Virus record (IMG/VR): IMGVR_UViG_3300020468_000003
Span: 1 to 64,000 of that record
Direction: 5' to 3' (one strand)
Length of the DNA: 64,000 bases
Source of the DNA: a virus
Within the stretch, counting starts at the first letter, position 1; each line of letters starts with the position of its first letter. The position numbers and the translations under genes are program-made. Positions 58,664 to 64,000 of this stretch are shown one piece after another. The notes under the pieces are model-generated. The model saw only the letters and a list, made by a program, of their open reading frames with translations, made no database searches and was not told the DNA's origin.

Positions 58664-58897
58664 AGGCAATCCATAACTGATATGATACATATCCATCATA
58701 TAATCTCTTACTCTCTCCCGATCAAGGGAATCTCCATCTCCCCACGTAACCTTAAATTCAGCAAGCGGGTCGCTGCAGTCATCAAGATATTTGAGCGTTG
58801 CATATGCGATTTGCTCTTTAGAGACGTTGAGGGGATACAACCCACCTTGCCCGTAGAATGAAAACACATAATCGATGAACTCCTGAAAATTGTGCAT
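58652..58897 (-). CDS. Hypothetical early protein
   Basis: FIDYV.SFYG..GLYP...GDSLDRERVRD. Confidence 0.8.
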   Translation of the reverse strand: MHNFQEFIDYVFSFYGQGGLYPLNVSKEQIAYATLKYLDDCSDPLAEFKVTWGDGDSLDRERVRDYMMDMYHISYGLPMPV

Positions 58898-58920
58898 GAG
58901 ATGTTTTTGTATGTATCTTT

Positions 58921-58977
58921 ATCTTATCAGTTCCTGTAGCAATTGGTCATACTATGTGACACTAATATTTCTGGCAC
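58921..58977 (-). promoter_or_regulatory. Early module 12 (first in the array; apparently bidirectional)
   Basis: TGTGACACT-AATATT-TCTGGCACA; TAAGAT at 28 bp on the minus strand and TATAAT (59009-59014) on the plus strand. Confidence 0.7.
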
Positions 58978-59026
58978 ACTGGCTGATGCATTCGAGCTCG
59001 ATTTCTCTTATAATAAATTTATAAAC

Positions 59027-59050
59027 AAAAAAAGAGCGGAAGTACGCTCT
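59027..59050 (-). terminator. Rho-independent terminator upstream of the early array
   Basis: AGAGCG-TACTTC-CGCTCT followed by a T-run on the minus strand. Confidence 0.65.
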
Positions 59051-59307
59051 CTAAAATCTTCGCCACTCCCCCTGCCTTATAATATCTCTGTGTTCCTTTC
59101 CTGATATCCAATTCTCGTACTGGCACACTCGCTGTTGCCTTCCCTTTAAAATATGTTACACTTCCTCGAACAAACCATACAAAGGTATGTATATAAAACC
59201 AAAATTTAAACTGTCACATTGTGCCAATCTAGATGCGTCACATGTCGTATAATGTATTACATGCATGAATCTCGATGTGTATCATATGTTACTAGTACAT
59301 GCGTATC

Positions 59308-59655
59308 CTCGTCGAGATGTGTGCCCCTGCTCATATGTGTGTATGATATGTGCAGGCTCGTCGAGATACATGTGCGCAAGCTCGTCTAGATGCATGCGTT
59401 CATGTGTGCGAGCTCGTCGAGATTATGCATAATGATAGATGGATAGCTCGTAGAAATCCTGATTGTTGTCTCGTCGAGAGTTATATTCCTCGTCGAGATC
59501 TAAGTCTTGTGTATAAGACTGTGTACTCTCGTCGAGATCGTCACCTGTTTCATAGTCGAGATCGTACCAGTCTGCGCAGTCTTCGTACATAGTCGAGATG
59601 AATAGAATACTTATAGTATAACACATATCTCGACTAGAGGCAAGCTCGTCGAGAT
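59308..59655. repeat. Cluster of CTCGTCGAGA(T) repeats
   Basis: Exact CTCGTCGAGA at 59308, 59357, 59413, 59470, 59489, 59528, 59645; variants at 59381, 59447, 59552, 59589 and an inverted one at 59627. Confidence 0.9.
59423..59590 (-). CDS. Very acidic Tyr/Asp-rich peptide (55 aa)
   Basis: MYEDCADWYDLDYETGDDLDESTQSYTQDLDLDEEY...; preceded by the promoter TTGCCT-17-TATACT at 59615-59643. Confidence 0.5.
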   Translation of the reverse strand: MYEDCADWYDLDYETGDDLDESTQSYTQDLDLDEEYNSRRDNNQDFYELSIYHYA

Positions 59656-59769
59656 TCACAGTAGTATATATGTACGCAAAAGGATCTATTGTTACAATAT
59701 AGTAACATTGTACTTATAAGACTACAAGTACTTCGCGACCCTGTGTGTTAGGAAATCGCGATCCGTGGG

Positions 59770-59798
59770 TTGACAAACTCCGCGTCTCATGCTACGCT
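59770..59798 (+). promoter_or_regulatory. Plus-strand sigma70-type promoter firing into an AT-rich non-coding tract
   Basis: TTGACA, 17 bp spacer, TGC-TACGCT. Confidence 0.65.
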
Positions 59799-59883
59799 CG
59801 CTAAGTCAACATAAGATCTGAGCATTAAATCATAATACTTTCTCTCTTCTTTATACACATATTATAACACACTTAACATCCTT

Positions 59884-60005
59884 TTGCAATGTACTTGTAC
59901 TTATGGTATAATTAAAAGAACCAGTTATTTAGACAGTTTACCAAAACCTATTCTCAATGTACTTGTACTTATAAATTAGTAATAAGTACATCCTATAAGT
60001 ACATT
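59884..60005 (+). promoter_or_regulatory. HNH gene promoter with a GTAC operator array
   Basis: TTGCAA-17-TATAAT (59884-59912); CAATGTACTTGTACTTAT at 59887 and 59955; inverted ATAAGTACA at 59982 and 59995. Confidence 0.7.
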
Positions 60006-60069
60006 ATATGAAAATTGATAGGTTCATCGGTAGAATCCCTTGGTATGACTGGAGTTTCGCCCTTAGTAT

Positions 60070-60606
60070 GTGTCATGGTTTCTTGAAGTGAGAAAGCATA
60101 AAGTTTTGAATGAAATAGAAGACTTAGAGGATTTCAGTGGTTACTCGATTGATACTGATGGAAACCTTTGGTCTCTGAAGTATAAAGTACCGAAGCTAAG
60201 AAAACCTGTATGGTCTGGTAAAGATGAATGTGCATATCTTACCTGTAGATTGAGAGATGATAATGGTAAAGCAAAGACTCTCTACATTCATAAGTTGGTA
60301 GCATTAGCATTTCTTCCGTGTGATGATCCTACCCGAAGGGTTGTGCATAAGAACAAAGATCGAAGTAACAACCAACTTGAAAACTTAGAGTGGATTGCTA
60401 ACGTAAAGGAGAAGAAGAAAGCATTAGACTTCGTATTACAGGAAGAACTGGTAAATAAGATACAGCGTATTCATGTAGTTGCTCAAAAGAAAGGAATTCG
60501 GGATGTGTCGTCTGATTCTTATTCATTTACCACGAAGATGATCGAAGATGCCATTGAAGCATACATTAAAGAGTATGGACTACGTAAAATTGATAGAGAC
60601 TTATGA
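60070..60606 (+). CDS. NUMOD4-type HNH endonuclease with an RHH-like C-terminal domain
   Basis: GYSID.DGN.WS, Y....L......KT..IH.LVA.AF, V.HKN.DR.NN...NLEW; the main plus-strand gene in the window. Confidence 0.8.
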   Translation: MSWFLEVRKHKVLNEIEDLEDFSGYSIDTDGNLWSLKYKVPKLRKPVWSGKDECAYLTCRLRDDNGKAKTLYIHKLVALAFLPCDDPTRRVVHKNKDRSNNQLENLEWIANVKEKKKALDFVLQEELVNKIQRIHVVAQKKGIRDVSSDSYSFTTKMIEDAIEAYIKEYGLRKIDRDL

Positions 60607-60728
60607 AAAATCCATTTAGAAAGAATAAAGAGACTAACTTGAAGAATCTCTTACAAAAATTGTTCCCAAATCATAAAATTACTGTGGTAAATCATAAAGA
60701 TGGTTCTCAGACCATTTCTCTCTTATAA
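60603..60728 (+). CDS. Small basic peptide (41 aa) coupled to the HNH gene
   Basis: ATGA overlap; MKNPFRKNKETNLKNLLQKLFPNHKITVVNHKDGSQTISLL. Confidence 0.5.
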   Translation: MKNPFRKNKETNLKNLLQKLFPNHKITVVNHKDGSQTISLL

Positions 60729-60938
60729 GGGGGGTTACTACCATAAGGAGAAGTTTTTACAGGGGTGTTACAGGCGATCCTGGCGTTAGTAGTTTGGTAT
60801 CAGTACTATACAAAACGGTGTATTTCGTTAAATGTGGAGCAGTGAGTAGAAAAACGCAAAAAAAATTTCCTCCGCGCCTCTCGACGGGAGAGAATGGTAG
60901 AGGAAAGGGGGAGAAAGGAAGATATAGAAATTATAGAG

Positions 60939-61271
60939 TTACTGGATAGTATATGAATATCCCTCGAAGTGTTCCATAACGTTGAGCATCGTTTCCTTAC
61001 CGTAGCATATAATTGTATGTGTCTGATATGGGGGATGTTTGCTTGCTTTGTGATCTTCGTATGTAAAAGTAAACTTTGGTTTATCATCTGGGTATTCGCC
61101 TGGTGTCCAGATTGATCCGTCTGTGTTGTAGGTATCAAACTCTAATGGATTGATTTCTTTTTTTGATTCTTTCATTTGTTCTACTAGGTGATCGACGCAA
61201 GATGCATAGTAACTTGCATTAAGTGTTTCTTCTGATTCATAGAAGTTGATGTAGTTAAAAGGTTTACTCAT
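60939..61271 (-). CDS. Hypothetical protein
   Basis: Probable start MSKPFNY, overlapping the upstream stop. Confidence 0.65.
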   Translation of the reverse strand: MSKPFNYINFYESEETLNASYYASCVDHLVEQMKESKKEINPLEFDTYNTDGSIWTPGEYPDDKPKFTFTYEDHKASKHPPYQTHTIICYGKETMLNVMEHFEGYSYTIQ

Positions 61272-61761
61272 ATTTAAGTGCGACTGTAAATCTGTGTTTG
61301 GTGCGGAAAGAGGTGGCTCTGTGTAAAATTGATGCATCGAAGAAACATAAGCGATTTGGTTCGGGTGCAACTGAGTAGGACTTGTCGTTTACATAGAACT
61401 CTGTTTGTCCTAAAAAGTTGGGTGTCCACATTTCTTTGTGTGGATAGTATAGGAATGTCACTCCCTCATCTGCATCTGTATGAAAGTATGGTATTTCATT
61501 TGGTGCGAACAAATTGATATACATTCTTAACAGACATCGGTTTGGTACAAGTGGTTGAGTCTTCTCATAGAAAAAGCGATAGATGAACTCTCCCTTCTTG
61601 ATTTCTGCACTCATTCCAGTTGGAGCTACCTCTGCTTCATCCTTTTCGCCAAAAGTGTAGTTCGCATTCTGGCAGTACATAAGCACATTAGCCTGTTCTT
61701 GTGGATTTAACCAGTCGTCCCGTATATGAACTGGCACATCCTTTCCGTAAACAAAATCCAT
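61264..61761 (-). CDS. 2OG-Fe(II) oxygenase (prolyl-hydroxylase-like)
   Basis: FHTD (HxD), G.TEF, PNRL..FD..I.HRA, R.TVA.K. Confidence 0.85.
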   Translation of the reverse strand: MDFVYGKDVPVHIRDDWLNPQEQANVLMYCQNANYTFGEKDEAEVAPTGMSAEIKKGEFIYRFFYEKTQPLVPNRCLLRMYINLFAPNEIPYFHTDADEGVTFLYYPHKEMWTPNFLGQTEFYVNDKSYSVAPEPNRLCFFDASILHRATSFRTKHRFTVALKYE

Positions 61762-62381
61762 TATTTGCTAGAATTGTAAGAAGTTACTGCAAAGTTGAAT
61801 GCAATTGAGATACGTGGGTTACCAGGTGTTGGTTTGTTTGCTTTAACCTCATGCATTAGATATGATGGAAACATGATCAAATCTCCTTCATTGATGTCAG
61901 GAGAGAACAGTTCATCATAATTGTGTGAATCGAACTCTAATGAATGAGATCGAATGATGCCCATTGGATCAGTAAAGGTCAATGGACTATGCACCTTCTT
62001 ATCATAACATAGAAAATGTACACATGCAAAATGATTTGGGTCTAACGGATCTCCAATATGATTGTGTGATTCTTGCCACTCCTCGTCCTCATAGCAATTA
62101 TACCAACATTCGTCTACCTCCACCTCAAACTTGTTATCGAAAAAGGTTTTAATTAAATTATGATACTGTCTCTGTAATTCTCCTTGCGACATGAAAAAGC
62201 GATTGATGTCATCTCTTTCATGACTTGTCTTGATCTTTGTCGTTAACCATCCTTCTGGTGGTGTTAATGTTTTTTGAGTCGATTCAATAAATGGTAGCAG
62301 ATCTTGCTTCAACCTTTCATTGTTCTCTACCTGTCCCTGATAGTAAGAGATCGGGAAAATGGTTCTACGTTGCGTTTCCAT
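61761..62381 (-). CDS. Putative 2OG-Fe(II) oxygenase
   Basis: W.N.Y...Q..HNH, F.DP, EGDL.MFPSYL.H.V, RISIAFN. Confidence 0.85.
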   Translation of the reverse strand: METQRRTIFPISYYQGQVENNERLKQDLLPFIESTQKTLTPPEGWLTTKIKTSHERDDINRFFMSQGELQRQYHNLIKTFFDNKFEVEVDECWYNCYEDEEWQESHNHIGDPLDPNHFACVHFLCYDKKVHSPLTFTDPMGIIRSHSLEFDSHNYDELFSPDINEGDLIMFPSYLMHEVKANKPTPGNPRISIAFNFAVTSYNSSK

Positions 62382-62712
62382 GGAATTCATCAAATTCTGC
62401 ATAATGATCGGGACTTTTCTTATTTCTTTTCTTCACAAACTCCAACTGATGCCAACTATGTTCATAACACAATAAAAGAACATGTATGTACCTGTGTGGA
62501 TTATTCTTATCGTACTTACAATTTGGTTTCTCTTTAACAGCAATTTCAATTGTAATGTAATTTAAGACTGGTCTCCATCCACCCTTAACTCTTGCTTGAT
62601 TGTCTTCAGATTTTGGTTTACAATAAACCCATCCTTCATGCTTCATTCCCAGATCCGTAGTCCAGATTACATAATCATCGACTTCTGGGATGTATTGTGT
62701 TTCTGTACTCAT
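62365..62712 (-). CDS. Hypothetical protein
   Basis: YIP.VDDYV.W...EGWVY...YITIEI.V...HVLLLCY...W..L. Confidence 0.75.
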   Translation of the reverse strand: MSTETQYIPEVDDYVIWTTDLGMKHEGWVYCKPKSEDNQARVKGGWRPVLNYITIEIAVKEKPNCKYDKNNPHRYIHVLLLCYEHSWHQLEFVKKRNKKSPDHYAEFDEFHGNAT

Positions 62713-62879
62713 TAATCGGGAACTGCTTTAAGGTCTTTTGGACTGATGCCTTCATTGATCAGTTGATCTAATCTAACCTTACATTGTTCTTTTGTGAGTC
62801 CTGATGTATTTGCTTCAGGTGATTTAAACCATCCCATTGTTGTTTGTTGGACGATTTGCCATTTTTTCTCTTGAGTCAT
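62712..62879 (-). CDS. Small hypothetical protein (55 aa)
   Basis: Manual translation MTQEKKWQIVQQTTMGW...LTKEQC...L..L..EGISP..LK; TAATG overlap. Confidence 0.7.
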   Translation of the reverse strand: MTQEKKWQIVQQTTMGWFKSPEANTSGLTKEQCKVRLDQLINEGISPKDLKAVPD

Positions 62880-63695
62880 TTAATTAAACCTAATTGGTGC
62901 GGTGCGGGTTGTGATATCCCCTGTCATCATTGCATTGAATGAAATGGTAATACGAGGAATGCCATTATAATCTTGATAGGATTGCTGTACTCCGTGTGGC
63001 AACCACGATGGAAACATAAGCAAACTACCATTATTTACGATTGGTGAAACTGTACCTGAGTTATGAGCAGCATGATCTTTATTTACACTTGGTTCAATAA
63101 CTCTTGCAGCAGGTCTTGGATCACTAAAAGTTGTAGTTTGAGCAAATTGTGTTCCCAGATTTGGGGTACTTACATGCCATACTCCACTAAAGATAGAATT
63201 TGGGTGTGTATGATTCATGTGACAATATAATGGTCTAAAACCAACATTTGCCCACATTGAAGTCAAATAGACTTGTTCTACCTTATAATCATAATATGCA
63301 AATACAGCAGCAGCTTCTTTAAGTAAGAAACTATGTACTTGTTCAAAACCTTCTCTCTGGTGAAGATCATCGAAACTGTACCAACCTACAGGATCTTTTG
63401 GATCTCCTGCAATTGTTCCTGCATTCTCATCTTTTGTTGCTGCTAAGACTTTTTCCTTAACATCTTTAAGGAAATCTTCATCATCAACTCTTGATTTAAA
63501 AAGTAAAGAGGGAAAAAGAACACCAATGTCCCTATCGGTAACTTTGATTTCTTTTTCAACCTCCCTTGTTGGAGATACAGGTTCATTACTTAGTTGATTT
63601 ACTTCAACTCCAGTATTAATAGTAAATCCACCTTCTGGTTTACCAGATGGTATTTTTACATCACGATTCCATCCCGAATTATGTTCAGTTGTCAA
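62880..63695 (-). CDS. Putative 2OG-Fe(II) oxygenase
   Basis: MWAN, H..HTHPNS.FSGV, F.DPRP, FPSWL.HGV, RITISFN. Confidence 0.85.
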   Translation of the reverse strand: MTTEHNSGWNRDVKIPSGKPEGGFTINTGVEVNQLSNEPVSPTREVEKEIKVTDRDIGVLFPSLLFKSRVDDEDFLKDVKEKVLAATKDENAGTIAGDPKDPVGWYSFDDLHQREGFEQVHSFLLKEAAAVFAYYDYKVEQVYLTSMWANVGFRPLYCHMNHTHPNSIFSGVWHVSTPNLGTQFAQTTTFSDPRPAARVIEPSVNKDHAAHNSGTVSPIVNNGSLLMFPSWLPHGVQQSYQDYNGIPRITISFNAMMTGDITTRTAPIRFN

Positions 63696-63738
63696 TTAAG
63701 TATCTCCGAATATGGTTATTATAGCATAATAAATTGAT

Positions 63739-63933
63739 TTAGACAAGGAACTCATCCATATAGTAATCAACTGTTACTTGCATTTTGGCAGCTTCCTTTT
63801 CTAAGTAGTCTCCATGTTGAGCAAGACCTTTATAGTATTCTTGTCTCTGTTTCCACTTGATGATTTCGATTTCAGATGTAATCATGTATTTTTTTAATAA
63901 TTCCATAAATTCTTCTATCTCTTCATCATTCAT
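63739..63933 (-). CDS. Hypothetical protein
   Basis: E.EAA...VTVDYY..EF motif; probable start MNDEEI. Confidence 0.65.
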   Translation of the reverse strand: MNDEEIEEFMELLKKYMITSEIEIIKWKQRQEYYKGLAQHGDYLEKEAAKMQVTVDYYMDEFLV

Positions 63934-64000
63934 AAGTAACAAATCCCTTGGGTCTTTGTGTCCATTTCGGATTCTTATCTCTGTAACTTGGTTCTATAGT

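Noticed and set aside
51801-58977. Early-region repeats as a CRISPR array
   Set aside because: The repeats are degenerate and separated by 0.3-1.1 kb of intact genes rather than ~30-40-nt spacers, and there are no cas genes.
51801-58977. Classical integron (attC/IntI)
   Set aside because: No integrase is in the window, the sites lack the RYYYAAC...GTTRRRY long imperfect hairpin, and each unit has its own promoter. Only the analogy is kept.
59308-59655. CTCGTCGAGAT cluster as a mini-CRISPR
   Set aside because: The repeat is only 10-11 bp and the spacing is irregular.
50727-60880. GCAAAAAAAT-like A-tracts at ~50745 (minus) and ~60856 (plus) as inverted ends of an invertible or mobile block
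   Set aside because: The similarity is only ~10 low-complexity bases, and one copy is coding sequence.

Overview
This window is about 64 kb of a T4-like marine cyanomyovirus (Kyanoviridae-type; AT-rich, so a Prochlorococcus host is plausible but only inferred). Almost all genes are on the minus strand. Positions 1-50.8 kb hold the conserved late/structural module. From the left it runs uvsW, uvsY, g3, g23, g22, g21, g20, g19, g18, g17, g16, g15, g14, g13, a fibre gene, a DUF4815/VrlC-like gene, g8, a 4586-aa g7-like gene, g6 and g25, with T4-type late promoters (TATAAATA-like) and a few inserted accessory genes such as a NifU-like gene. Positions 50.9-59.0 kb are an array of small, mostly acidic early-type genes. 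These are separated by 12 copies of a composite element: a palindrome (GTGGACA[C/G]T-N6/7-ACTGTCYAC), usually a GC hairpin, a -10 box at a fixed 28-30 bp, and a conserved ATA(C/A)ACAAA start. In 10 of the 11 copies that have an upstream gene, that gene's stop codon lies inside the palindrome, so the genes look like exchangeable cassettes. One module drives a ~120-nt closed, structured RNA. Positions 59.0-60.0 kb are a largely non-coding, origin-like block with divergent promoters, CTCGTCGAGAT repeats and dense palindromes. Next come the only clear plus-strand genes: an HNH endonuclease with an RHH-like tail and its own GTAC operator array, plus a small coupled ORF. The window ends with a cluster of three 2OG-Fe(II) oxygenases. 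All product calls come from motif recognition only; no database searches were run.
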